IMG/VR virus record: IMGVR_UViG_3300025885_000002
Span: 4,801 to 68,800 of that record
Length of the DNA: 64,000 nt
Source: a virus
Lineage: Duplodnaviria; Caudoviricetes
Direction: 5' to 3' (one strand)
The position numbers were made by a program, and so were the translations under genes. Below, in pieces: positions 17,604-26,598 of this stretch. Numbering within the stretch: position 1 is the stretch's first letter; each line of letters opens with the position of its first letter. The notes beneath the pieces were generated by a model. It was not told the origin of the DNA. It ran no database searches and worked only from the letters and a program-made list of their open reading frames with translations.

Positions 17604-19432
17604 CAAGCCTCCTCGTAATCGTCGGCGCTGGCTTCTCGAACCAGCGGGAATGCATAAGAGCCAGCCTCGGCCAGGTATTGCTGCGACTCTCGATCGAACC
17701 AGAGAGACGCGCTCCCTTCCCACTCTCCCTCACGGGTCTTGTCGCACTTGAACAGAGCGTCGGGTTGTTCGAAAAGCTTGAAATGCGGAGTCTCGCCGGC
17801 GTGTTGCGCACGCTCCATCGCGGCCTCTTTCTGCTTGTTCCGCCACACGACATACACGTTGTGTCCGAGGTCGGTGATCGATGCCGAGCCCCTCACGTCG
17901 AGGCGTCCGCCGGCTTCGTTGTCGTTCTGCTTTTTGCGGCTGTGAGCAACCAGATGAACTCCTACCGCGTGAGTGGTAGCGTACTCCGCGAGTTGATCGA
18001 CGAACTCTTTCTGGGCGTTGTAGTCCTCTTCGGGAATCCCGCAGCGCAACAGGCTGTCGACGACAAACTGACTGACCCCGTAGCGGCGCCGCGCGTAGTC
18101 GAACACCTGAAGCAATCGGCTGGTCTTTGCGCTGCCGACCAGATCGAAAATCCAGATCTTCCCGTCGTACCAGCGGTGAGTCGTTCTGATCAGCGCAACG
18201 TCTGGCGTACGCTTTCCAGTTGCCTGCCTGGTCGCGCGCTTGAGCAGGATCGCGGGTTTGATTTCCAGTGAGGCGATGAGACAGCGCTCACCTTGGGCCG
18301 CTCCCCAGAGCAGAACTTGGTTCAGGAGCGTGGTCTTTCCGTGATCGCTGAATCCGGTCCAGATGCTCAGTTCCGCGCGCCTGAACCGAATCAGCTCATC
18401 GAGCTTTTGCCAGGGAGACTTGAACCCGATCGGTTCGTTGTTGGGCGGGTAGAACTGCTCGATCACCTCTTCGACGTAGGAACTTGCACGCCGCAGTTCC
18501 TCCGGATCGGTGGTCTCCGCGGCTTCTAGGAAACCGCGCATCTGCTCCTCAGTGTAGCCCTTGGTCCGGCATTCGTTGGCGTCTTTGTGCGGTAGTTTCA
18601 CGACGTGACAGCGATGCCGACCGAGTCGTTCAACCAGCTCAGGAACCGCCTTCTGTCCGTGCTCGTCCATATCCAGGCTGATATAAATCGCTTCGAAGCG
18701 TTCGAGATGATCGAACTCGTTTTCGATCCACGTATGACCCTTGGCACCGTTCGGAAGCGACATCGCCGCAATCCCGCAAGAGTGCCAGGACATCGCATCG
18801 ATCTCGCCTTCGGTTAGAACAAAACTGCGATCGTTGTCCCCGATGGATTGCCAGCCCCACAGAAGCATTTCGCAGCCCGGTTCAAAGCGCGAAGCTTTCT
18901 TGGTGCCGTCCTCGTTCCGAGCGATCGGAGAGTACTTCACGTTGAGCAATTCGCCGCTGCGCTTAAAGGGGAAAACCATCACCGGTCCGCTTGCGTCGGA
19001 GGTCTCGCCCACCTGGTAGGCCGCAATCGTATCCGGCTCGATCCATCGATGCTCGATCAGGTACTCCTTGACGCTCGTAGGCTTTCGCACTTTGGGCTTT
19101 TCCGGCCTCCGGTACGACTTAGCCTTTGACCCGTGAAACGTCGGAGTTGCGGCGATGCCCAGGTAGTCTTTGATCTGGCCCAGGGCGCTGACGAAATCCA
19201 CTCCGCGCTTGATCGTCCAGAGCTCGATGAGGTCCCCGTGTTGACCCGTAGCGTAGTCAGCCCAGCGACCGGCCTTCTCGCCGCTGATGTGAATCGCGAG
19301 GCTCTGCCCCTTATCTCCCTCGACGTTGCCGGCCTTCCAGTAGCCGCCGACTTTCTTGCCCTCGGGTAGGAGCATTCGAGAGATTTCCTCAGCTCGCCAC
19401 GACATAGCCCTGCTGATTTCCCCAGCGTCCAT
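17603..19432 (-). CDS. T7 gp4 / Twinkle-like primase-helicase
   Basis: Toprim motifs LTEGEIDAMS and ISLDMDEHG; Walker A TGFSDHGKTT; FVVDSL; LVAHSRK; DVRGSASI. Confidence 0.92.
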   Translation of the reverse strand: MDAGEISRAMSWRAEEISRMLLPEGKKVGGYWKAGNVEGDKGQSLAIHISGEKAGRWADYATGQHGDLIELWTIKRGVDFVSALGQIKDYLGIAATPTFHGSKAKSYRRPEKPKVRKPTSVKEYLIEHRWIEPDTIAAYQVGETSDASGPVMVFPFKRSGELLNVKYSPIARNEDGTKKASRFEPGCEMLLWGWQSIGDNDRSFVLTEGEIDAMSWHSCGIAAMSLPNGAKGHTWIENEFDHLERFEAIYISLDMDEHGQKAVPELVERLGRHRCHVVKLPHKDANECRTKGYTEEQMRGFLEAAETTDPEELRRASSYVEEVIEQFYPPNNEPIGFKSPWQKLDELIRFRRAELSIWTGFSDHGKTTLLNQVLLWGAAQGERCLIASLEIKPAILLKRATRQATGKRTPDVALIRTTHRWYDGKIWIFDLVGSAKTSRLLQVFDYARRRYGVSQFVVDSLLRCGIPEEDYNAQKEFVDQLAEYATTHAVGVHLVAHSRKKQNDNEAGGRLDVRGSASITDLGHNVYVVWRNKQKEAAMERAQHAGETPHFKLFEQPDALFKCDKTREGEWEGSASLWFDRESQQYLAEAGSYAFPLVREASADDYEEA

Positions 19433-20094
19433 CAGATCGCTCCCTTGAACTGCGGCAGGTCTCGCCAGTCCTGCACGCCGTCGGTTTCATTCGACTGGAG
19501 GAAGCTTTCGATTTGGCTATCCTGCTCCCCGCTGCGATGGATCGTCACGGCAAAAGCTTCGTGGTTTCTGACCCGTGGCTGGGTCCGTGCGAAGGCGAGG
19601 CATTCTTCGTAGGAAAACTTCGAAAAACCAGCGAGCGCAGCGCCGCTGCTGCTACTGCTATTTTCTTTCAGTAAACTACCTACTTCAGATACTAATACTT
19701 TATCTAGCTTCTGGGGTAGCATGCCCGGGGCACTGCTTGGAGCATTGCTTGGCGTGTGCCCGTGCCGTGCTTGTGCTGCCGTCCTTGCCCGGTCAGAGCG
19801 CTTCTGATGGGCCTTGACTTGATCCTCGTATATCTCCGCAAGTCGTTTATTTCTTAAGTATCGCTGGCCCTTGATCGTAACCGTCGTGAATTTCTCCCGA
19901 ACTTGCGACGTCATCGGTCCGCGACACACATTTCGGAGATATTTTTTGTCATCTTTTATTGCTTGAAAATCACCAGATTTCCATTGGGCGATCAATGCTT
20001 GGAGATATGCTCCAAGCTCTCCTTGGAGCATGCCCACAGTACCCCCCAACCAGTCGTCGACGAAGAATGGAAACCAGGTCAGATCGTTGGCCAT
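19432..20094 (-). CDS. DUF1376 / YdaU-family replication initiator
   Basis: WFPFFVDDWLGGT..L...ELGAY..L...W signature; low-complexity linker and small C-terminal domain. Confidence 0.8.
   Translation of the reverse strand: MANDLTWFPFFVDDWLGGTVGMLQGELGAYLQALIAQWKSGDFQAIKDDKKYLRNVCRGPMTSQVREKFTTVTIKGQRYLRNKRLAEIYEDQVKAHQKRSDRARTAAQARHGHTPSNAPSSAPGMLPQKLDKVLVSEVGSLLKENSSSSSGAALAGFSKFSYEECLAFARTQPRVRNHEAFAVTIHRSGEQDSQIESFLQSNETDGVQDWRDLPQFKGAI
19654..19774. other. Putative replication origin inside the initiator gene
   Basis: Iteron-like GCACTGCTTGG (19730), GCATTGCTTGG (19742) and GCCGTGCTTGT (19764) beside an AT-rich tract 19654-19710; same layout as lambda ori within O. Confidence 0.55.
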
Positions 20095-20705
20095 CAGTCG
20101 CCTCCTTTCGCGGAAAGGGCAGGCTCAGGACTGAGCATCTCTGCGCCCCGCGGAAATCGATAGGAGGCGGCCTCCGATAATGCAGCGCCCACCCGGCCGT
20201 AGGTATCCCCGCTGGGCGGCTTCTCACTTGGACAATCATCCGGACAGCCAGCGAGAGGACCATACCCACCGTCGCTGAAATACCAGATCCCGGTCGGGCA
20301 TTTACGGCAGTCACCAATCAGCACCGGTGAGATATCCGGCTGCATATAAGGGAACCAAATGCGGTAGGAGCTGAAGCCTGGATTGCCCTGAAAGATGAGC
20401 GCTCGAGCGCCTGACAAATCCTGCAGCCCTCGTATTAGCCGGAAAGCCTCCGGCGTCGGCGGAGGATCAGTTGCGGGCCGAGGCTTGATTTCGATGAAGT
20501 GACCCCACTCTGGAATCCAGAAATCCGGCAGATACCACGTTCCGTTGATATCATACCCCTCGCACTCGTACTGATAGGCCACGCCGAGCGAGTGAAAAAA
20601 CACTGCCCAGCGGGCCTCAGTGGTCGAGCGAAAGAGGATCCCGTTGTAGGACCGCGGGATCGGAGGAATGTCGTTTCGAGCGTTTGATTTTATCGGCGCC
20701 GGCAT
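20094..20705 (-). CDS. PD-(D/E)XK family nuclease
   Basis: FRSTTEARWAVFF...YLPDFW...FIEIKP. Confidence 0.8.
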   Translation of the reverse strand: MPAPIKSNARNDIPPIPRSYNGILFRSTTEARWAVFFHSLGVAYQYECEGYDINGTWYLPDFWIPEWGHFIEIKPRPATDPPPTPEAFRLIRGLQDLSGARALIFQGNPGFSSYRIWFPYMQPDISPVLIGDCRKCPTGIWYFSDGGYGPLAGCPDDCPSEKPPSGDTYGRVGAALSEAASYRFPRGAEMLSPEPALSAKGGD

Positions 20706-20860
20706 AGAAAAGGACCCCCCACCGTGAATCTCCCCTGTGTGCGCAACTGTCTAGGAAGCGCTTCGGGTGGAGACCCACGAATGGAGGGTCCTTCACTATC
20801 GGTATTCGATTGTTCGCACACAGGGCTTTCAGTGAAAGACCCCAAGACGCTTCCTAGACA
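20706..20860 (-). ncRNA. Structured 5' leader with three crossing helices (candidate cis-regulatory RNA)
   Basis: 13-bp and 11-bp perfect helices plus a 17-bp helix with G-U pairs; begins about 6 nt after a perfect -10. Confidence 0.65.
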
Positions 20861-20866
20861 TCGCGG

Positions 20867-20896
20867 ATTATACCCCACCCCTGCCGCTTGCTTCAA
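20867..20896 (-). promoter_or_regulatory. Sigma70-type promoter for the nuclease/replication operon
   Basis: TTGAAG (20896-20891)-18 nt-TATAAT (20872-20867). Confidence 0.7.
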
Positions 20897-20911
20897 GACC
20901 CACCCCTTTCT

Positions 20912-21415
20912 CTACTCGTCGTCTTCTCCCTCGCCTCCCTCTTCGGCCGCCGCGGTTGGCTGAGTCAATTCGGGCTCATCCTTGCGCTCGCGAGTCTTCA
21001 CGACCGGATTGTTGTCGATGAAGCACTCCATCACCTTCCCGTCGGGGCCGGGGTAGACGAAGCTGTCGAGCCCCACGGAGTTCATATAGGCATCGAGCAT
21101 TTTCTTCTTCTCGGTTTCCTTGTTGGACATCTCGACGCGCTTGTACTTCGCCTTGTCGTATTGCTGCGCGTGATAGGTCAACTCAGCAAGCTGCTTCGAC
21201 GTCAGCTTTGGTGGTGCCGGCAGTTCCATACCTGGAAGCCGCTGCGCTGCGAGATCGCCGCCTTCGGTCGACTCGTCATTCGGCGGACCCTGTTCAACCT
21301 GCCTTCCGTCCTTCGGGACGAGCCGGGGCTTTGATCGGCCCTCTTGCGCGGCCAATTCATCCGCGGACATCTCAAACTCGTCGTCGGAATCCTTCTCTTT
21401 TGCTGCTTTGCTCAT
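20912..21415 (-). CDS. Acidic hypothetical protein
   Basis: 167 aa, AGGAG SD, acidic termini. Confidence 0.75.
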   Translation of the reverse strand: MSKAAKEKDSDDEFEMSADELAAQEGRSKPRLVPKDGRQVEQGPPNDESTEGGDLAAQRLPGMELPAPPKLTSKQLAELTYHAQQYDKAKYKRVEMSNKETEKKKMLDAYMNSVGLDSFVYPGPDGKVMECFIDNNPVVKTRERKDEPELTQPTAAAEEGGEGEDDE

Positions 21416-21433
21416 CTTTCGTTCCTCCTATTA

Positions 21434-21622
21434 TCACGATTGCGATACAGCCTCCACTTCCTTGCAAATCCACCGTTTATTACCAATCATCAGGTCTTGA
21501 TGGTAGTCGTACTCCTGACCCTCGGTGTAGCGGTGCGTCTTTCCGCAGCGACAATCGTACTCGGCCTCCACTAGCTGCACGTGAACTATCGTCTTTGTGA
21601 TAATCGCGCCTTGTGGATGCAT
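21434..21622 (-). CDS. Small zinc-ribbon-like protein
   Basis: 62 aa, CRCG...WIC. Confidence 0.55.
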   Translation of the reverse strand: MHPQGAIITKTIVHVQLVEAEYDCRCGKTHRYTEGQEYDYHQDLMIGNKRWICKEVEAVSQS

Positions 21623-21624
21623 TC

Positions 21625-24333
21625 TTAGTCTCCAGCTGCCACCGCCGCCTCTGCAATCGTGTCCTCTTCGTCAATCTCGCCGAGGTCAAACAGGCTCGGC
21701 ATCGCAATCTCTTGCTCGGCCGCCGCGCAGTAGGCGGCGCCGTCAATGAAGTAGGGGTGACTGAGCTCGATCCCTATCCCGCGTCTTCTGAGCTTGATCG
21801 CTCGGTAAGGCACGCTCATAAGGCCGGCGAAAGGATCAAGGACGGTCTCCCCGGGCATCGTGTACTGAGTGATTGCCCGGTCGCAGAGGTCGAATTGCAT
21901 CGGGCAAAGATGCATCTGTTTACCCTTGGCACTCTGGGCACTGTTGAGCGTCAGCATTCGCGTAATATCGGTCCAGACCTCTGGGGACCAGGACTGAGGC
22001 TGGAGCAGCATAAAGGTCACCGGAAGCCGACCACTGCCCTTGCAGCCACATTCGCATCTACCCTGGCCGGCCGTGTGGATGTGGGAGCATTGAGGACAGG
22101 TCTCGAGGGTCTCCCCAAGGCGAACGTGATGCTCGAAATCGTAAACATTCTCAAGAGAGTGGCGCCGGAAAAGTTTGAAGATCGCGTGATGCGGAAGCTG
22201 GTGCAGCTCCTCTGGAGTCAGAAGCCGATCGCCACTCGATCGACTGAAACCGTGTGCATCGATTTGCCACCTAGTGCGGGAATATCGAGTCTTCATCTTC
22301 ACGACCGGCAAATCCGCATAGGCGTTGGAATCATCGGAGGGAGGCTTGCGGAAGAGGAGCAGGTATTCAGGCATCCCGACGCCCATCTTCGAGCCGTCCT
22401 TGCACTGCTCTGTCCAGCCGAGGCGATAGGTCTGGTTGTTTTCGCGCACTACGTCAGTGACGATCGTCTTCATCCCTAGGTAGGCAAACCCGTGCTTCGT
22501 GTAGTGCTGAATGCAGTCGACGTGGAAGGGATAGACCGTTTGGAATCCGAGACCGTTGACGCCACCGGGCACGATCCGGTCTTTGACGTGAATCGCAGCC
22601 AGTCGCCCGGGCTGAAGTACTCTGAACAGATTCGGCGTCAGGAAGTCCATCTGCTCAAAGAAGTGCGGGTTGTCATCGGAGTGCCCAAAGTCCGCGTAGT
22701 TTGGCGAGTACTCGTACTGAGTTGAAAAGGGTATCGAGGTCAGGATCAGGTGGACGCTGTTCGACTCCATATTCTTCGTCTCGAGAACAGAGTCGTTATT
22801 GATCAACGTGTGGTTCGGGCCCTTGATCTCTACTCGCTCGACGCCGAAGCCGCGGGTCAGCTCGCGCATCATCGCTTCGTGTGACAGACCGTACTCGCGA
22901 ATGATCTCTGTCATCGTCCGGGTCATCTCATCGTGCTGGACCCACTTGCGCTGCAGGGATTGGAGCACTGAGCGCTCGCTCTCCGCGTAGACGATGTGAA
23001 TCTCTACTGGACAGGCCTGTAGGTATCGCCGGATCCGATGGCAGGCCTGGATGAAATCATTGAACTTAAAGCCGATGCCGACGAAGATTGCCTTGTGGCA
23101 GTAATACTGGAAGTTGCAGCCAGATCCGACGAGAACGGGTTTGCCGGCGAGATATTGAATGCGACCATGGCTGAAGTCGATCACGGCCCGCTCGCGTTCG
23201 TCGAGGTCCTGTGTCCCGTAAACCGAAACGGCCGATGGCACAGCCTTCTCGATCGCTTGCCGCTCAGCTTCCAAATCGTGCCAGAGTAGAAAGTGATCGT
23301 CGGGACTCTCGGCCAGGATCTCTTTCATCTTCTCAACGCGCTGAGGCAACGTGTCGCGTTTCTCTCGAGCTGCCTCTACAACTCCGTGAGTGGCATCGCG
23401 AAACATCCTGTGCTGGCCGTCCGGGTCGGGCTGCGCGGTTGTGTGGTCAACCTTCACTTCGTGATAGACGACCTTCAGTTCAGGAAGCTCGTAGCCGGTG
23501 GCGTCGTATCCAAGATCTGCCGGCGACTGTAGGAAGAGTGCCCAGGTCGAAACCCACAACCAGAACTCCCGCTCTTTATGTGGGTGAATTGTCAGATGAT
23601 CAGCTTTGGTGGAGTCGCGCTTGAAGAAACGAGTCTTCGCGGCCGACACGTCGGAGATCTCGAGGAATGCGGCATAAGCCAATAGCTCTATGTAATCGTT
23701 TGGGCTGGGAGTAGCAGTTGCGACGAAACGATACTTGAGCTTCTGGTTGCCTTCGAACAGGCGCATAAACTCGCGGAAGGTCTTCGTACCGCCGAAGCCT
23801 CGGAGGCAGCTCGCCTCATCAAGGCTGATGACGTCGAACAGGTTGACGTCGAGGCGGCCATCCCTGATGGATTCGTAGTTGGTAAGAAAAATGTCAACGC
23901 CATCGGCCGCCAGAACTTCCTCGGTGAACCGGACGAAACGCGGAGGTAGTTCCCAGCCGAGGAGCTCGATCGCATCGTGCTTGAACTCCTGGCGCACCCC
24001 GAGGGGCGTCACGATCAGCGAACGGCCCTTACCAAGATGCTTGAGAACCAGCCGGCAGATCTCGAGCTGCTGAACGCTCTTGCCCAGGCCGAAGGCTTCG
24101 AAGAGAGCGCGCTGTCCCCCGCGGAGCGCCCACCTTACGCCGTCCCTCTGGTGAGGCTTGAGAATCGGATTAATGTCTTCGTCGGAGACAGCAAAGCCAG
24201 ACTCGTGCTCCAAGTTGATCTTGTTACGCAAGAACTCCTGGTAGTCGTCAGTCGCAATCTTCTTCTGGCGTTTGTTGTCTCGCCTCAAGCTAATCTCCGC
24301 TTCCCTTTCTCGAGATACCTCATCGCGAACCAA
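21625..24333 (-). CDS. SNF2-like helicase fused to a beta-class N4/N6 DNA methyltransferase
   Basis: LFEAFGLGKS, SLDEAS, ATATPSPN, QACHRIRR helicase motifs, then ILTSIPF (motif IV variant) and VLDPFAG (motif I). Confidence 0.88.
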   Translation of the reverse strand: MVRDEVSREREAEISLRRDNKRQKKIATDDYQEFLRNKINLEHESGFAVSDEDINPILKPHQRDGVRWALRGGQRALFEAFGLGKSVQQLEICRLVLKHLGKGRSLIVTPLGVRQEFKHDAIELLGWELPPRFVRFTEEVLAADGVDIFLTNYESIRDGRLDVNLFDVISLDEASCLRGFGGTKTFREFMRLFEGNQKLKYRFVATATPSPNDYIELLAYAAFLEISDVSAAKTRFFKRDSTKADHLTIHPHKEREFWLWVSTWALFLQSPADLGYDATGYELPELKVVYHEVKVDHTTAQPDPDGQHRMFRDATHGVVEAAREKRDTLPQRVEKMKEILAESPDDHFLLWHDLEAERQAIEKAVPSAVSVYGTQDLDERERAVIDFSHGRIQYLAGKPVLVGSGCNFQYYCHKAIFVGIGFKFNDFIQACHRIRRYLQACPVEIHIVYAESERSVLQSLQRKWVQHDEMTRTMTEIIREYGLSHEAMMRELTRGFGVERVEIKGPNHTLINNDSVLETKNMESNSVHLILTSIPFSTQYEYSPNYADFGHSDDNPHFFEQMDFLTPNLFRVLQPGRLAAIHVKDRIVPGGVNGLGFQTVYPFHVDCIQHYTKHGFAYLGMKTIVTDVVRENNQTYRLGWTEQCKDGSKMGVGMPEYLLLFRKPPSDDSNAYADLPVVKMKTRYSRTRWQIDAHGFSRSSGDRLLTPEELHQLPHHAIFKLFRRHSLENVYDFEHHVRLGETLETCPQCSHIHTAGQGRCECGCKGSGRLPVTFMLLQPQSWSPEVWTDITRMLTLNSAQSAKGKQMHLCPMQFDLCDRAITQYTMPGETVLDPFAGLMSVPYRAIKLRRRGIGIELSHPYFIDGAAYCAAAEQEIAMPSLFDLGEIDEEDTIAEAAVAAGD

Positions 24334-24587
24334 TGACTGCTGACTGAGCCCACAATGGTGCAGGCCGTGTAGAACACTCCTAGACCGATCGCTTTGCCGA
24401 CGTCCGCTGTCTTGATCGCGTCGACGATGGAGCCGATCAGAATGAACTGCGAGACGAACCAGACGCCGTTGGAGAACACGGCGGCCAGCGCGTGATAGCC
24501 GAGGCTGCCGCTGTTGCGCGCGCGACTCACAAGGGTAAAGCTAAAGTTCTGGCCGATGAGGAGGACGGCCCAGAGTGCCCACGTCAT
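24285..24587 (-). CDS. Small multi-pass membrane protein
   Basis: Start re-called at 24587 (ATGA overlap with thyX); three hydrophobic segments. Confidence 0.7.
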   Translation of the reverse strand: MTWALWAVLLIGQNFSFTLVSRARNSGSLGYHALAAVFSNGVWFVSQFILIGSIVDAIKTADVGKAIGLGVFYTACTIVGSVSSHWFAMRYLEKGKRRLA

Positions 24588-25282
24588 GCGGATGCCTCCC
24601 CGCTGAAGAGAGCCCACGTCCTTGGAAACTCCGTTGCGATTATCGAACCGACCGCGTTCGCGAATTGGCGGATCTCCCACTGAGCGTCGGGATGCGTTCG
24701 CAGGGTAAGGAAGGCAAGCCAGTTCCGTAGGTTTGCCGACGCCCTCATCCGCGAATACCGGCCTACCGGGAGGATGATCCGCGCGAGTTCTTTGGGAATG
24801 CCAGCAGTCAGTCCAAATTCGTAGAGCTGCTGAAGCGTGTAGTATGCCCACTCAACTTTTGCAAGCCATCGCATCGCACTTTCATCCCCAGATGGCTCGA
24901 CCATTCCCTCTGCTTGCCGGTTCCCTTTCTGAGTCATGAAGCAGCGCTCCTCGGTGGGCACGTAGTTCAGATCCGGCAGAGGAGCGTACCGGGCACTCAT
25001 CTCGTTGTAGCTTTGGGTCCGATGCCTGTGCCACTCGCGGAAGACGAAGATCGGGGCCTGGACTTCGATCACCATCCCGGCAAACTCGAACGGGGTCGAG
25101 TGCCGGTTTGAGTACATAAACCTCAGCAGCTTCTCGTCCTGCTCCCAGCCGCGAAAGCTACCTTGCGTACTCTGACGGGCCGCTTCAATGATCCCGGCTT
25201 CTGGAAGGTTGGCATCTCCCTGGCCCCAACTTTCGATGTGGCGAATGTAGCCGTGATCGAGAACCTCAATCTGGTTTTGCAT
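24584..25282 (-). CDS. thyX: Flavin-dependent thymidylate synthase
   Basis: HSTPFE, REWHRHRTQSYNEMSARY ThyX signature, ANLRNW..FL..R; start re-called at MQNQIEV. Confidence 0.95.
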   Translation of the reverse strand: MQNQIEVLDHGYIRHIESWGQGDANLPEAGIIEAARQSTQGSFRGWEQDEKLLRFMYSNRHSTPFEFAGMVIEVQAPIFVFREWHRHRTQSYNEMSARYAPLPDLNYVPTEERCFMTQKGNRQAEGMVEPSGDESAMRWLAKVEWAYYTLQQLYEFGLTAGIPKELARIILPVGRYSRMRASANLRNWLAFLTLRTHPDAQWEIRQFANAVGSIIATEFPRTWALFSGEASA

Positions 25283-25505
25283 TTTGTTCCTCGATTGCTT
25301 GGCGTAAGTACACGCAGAGATCGAGCGCCTCCTGATAGGCATCGACCAGCGCGTTCCGTCCGTTATGGGCCTGCAGCGGAGTGCCGTACTTGGCGATCCC
25401 GACCTTGTTCCGCTGCTGCATATCCTCAATGACAAGCTCCCAGATCGGGCGACTGTCGTTGGGTACCGGGTCCGCTTCAGGACTGCTGAGGCTCCTACCT
25501 TCCAT
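25266..25505 (-). CDS. Small all-alpha NTP-pyrophosphatase-like (MazG-like) protein
   Basis: RNKVGIAKYGTPL...DAYQEALDLCVYL pattern; beside thyX. Confidence 0.55.
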   Translation of the reverse strand: MEGRSLSSPEADPVPNDSRPIWELVIEDMQQRNKVGIAKYGTPLQAHNGRNALVDAYQEALDLCVYLRQAIEEQNAKPD

Positions 25506-25758
25506 AGAGCTCCTTCCTCACCCTCAATTCGACTCCCCTCATCGCCCATCGTTCTTGCGCGGGAATCTCATAAGGCGGCGCCGGTCCCATGTTGAAGAGC
25601 AGCGAGCGCGCCTGGCGGATTTGATTGAGCAGCGGCCGATTGAAGCTCTCGCTGGGGCTGCCGGCGGAATCACCGCGGAGCTGCGGGTCCGTTCGTTTGC
25701 GATGTGCCTGCACGGCGAGGCGCGCAAGCTGTCTTGCTGTTGGTGTCTTCAGTGTCAT
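25495..25758 (-). CDS. Hypothetical protein
   Basis: 87 aa, coupled in the early operon. Confidence 0.55.
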   Translation of the reverse strand: MTLKTPTARQLARLAVQAHRKRTDPQLRGDSAGSPSESFNRPLLNQIRQARSLLFNMGPAPPYEIPAQERWAMRGVELRVRKELYGR

Positions 25759-26021
25759 TTGGTAGTCACCTCGCTCATTTCCTCCATCGCGATCTGAAAG
25801 CCTGCCGGTGGTAGAAACCAGAGCGATGCTTGGAATCGCGCCTCAGCTTCGCCGGTTCCCCTCAGGTCGCATGCTTCACCGATCGCCTGCTGCTCGGTCC
25901 CTCTTAATCGCCTACGCAGATGAAAAGCCTTACCCGTCCATTCTTCCCACTCACCCGCAAGGGGATTCCCCACTCCTTCCAGTGCCCGGTGAACTACGCC
26001 TCTCAATATCCGACTAGGCAC
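25755..26021 (-). CDS. Hypothetical protein
   Basis: 88 aa, coupled in the early operon. Confidence 0.55.
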   Translation of the reverse strand: MPSRILRGVVHRALEGVGNPLAGEWEEWTGKAFHLRRRLRGTEQQAIGEACDLRGTGEAEARFQASLWFLPPAGFQIAMEEMSEVTTK

Positions 26022-26081
26022 TTCGAGTAACCCGCCTGATGCGCTCGCGTGCCAGACCGGCCCGCCGTAACCTTCCTCGAT

Positions 26082-26213
26082 TCACTCATAGCCAGAGTTC
26101 ACCGTGATGATCAGACTGCAGCCCTCGTCGCTCAGGTGATGGAAGTTGGGGTTCATCGTCTCAAAGGCGAATCGACAGTGATTCTCAATCGCGATGCGTT
26201 GCTGCCTGTTCAT
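26082..26213 (-). CDS. Small hypothetical protein (43 aa)
   Basis: ATGA overlap with the 26210 stop. Confidence 0.45.
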   Translation of the reverse strand: MNRQQRIAIENHCRFAFETMNPNFHHLSDEGCSLIITVNSGYE

Positions 26214-26422
26214 CTTGCGCCCTCCACGGCGATCGTTCTTCTCGCCGGCACACATCGGAGACCAACCTTCTTCCATTGCCGCCTTCCGCGCTCAGTGCTG
26301 ATCTGGGAAGCCCAACAGTCGTGTCGATTGCTCGCAAAGCTTTGCACCTGTACGGTGCCGTCCGGCCACTGGAGAACGTATCCGAACTTAAGGACTCTCC
26401 CGTCGCGATTGAACTCTTTCAT
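26210..26422 (-). CDS. Hypothetical protein
   Basis: 70 aa, overlaps on both sides. Confidence 0.6.
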   Translation of the reverse strand: MKEFNRDGRVLKFGYVLQWPDGTVQVQSFASNRHDCWASQISTERGRRQWKKVGLRCVPARRTIAVEGAR

Positions 26423-26598
26423 CTTGCGACCTCCGGAAAGAACGAACTCAGCACGCGCTCAAAGTTGTCAGGCTGGTCCATATCAAAGCGCCCGGTTTCT
26501 TCGGCGTTACAGGCGACCACCCCGCAGTAGCAATCGAACGTGCCGCAGTCGATGCACCACGTTGGCGGATCGGAATGCTGTAGGCGATGCTCTTTCAC
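26419..26598 (-). CDS. Cys-rich small protein (59 aa)
   Basis: Translated by hand: WCIDCGTFDCYCGVVAC; GTGA/ATGA overlaps on both sides. Confidence 0.6.
   Translation of the reverse strand: MKEHRLQHSDPPTWCIDCGTFDCYCGVVACNAEETGRFDMDQPDNFERVLSSFFPEVAR

Noticed and set aside
17063-18271. Long plus-strand ORFs (also 21613..22479, 31457..32707, 36326..37426, 50922..52046 and many shorter ones)
   Set aside because: They lie antisense to well-supported minus-strand genes; shadow ORFs are expected in GC-rich DNA and these show no recognisable motifs
24584-25505. Modified-base (dZ or 7-deazaguanine) pathway suggested by the MazG-like gene
   Set aside because: No purZ, datZ, que/dpd or own DNA polymerase gene recognised in the window
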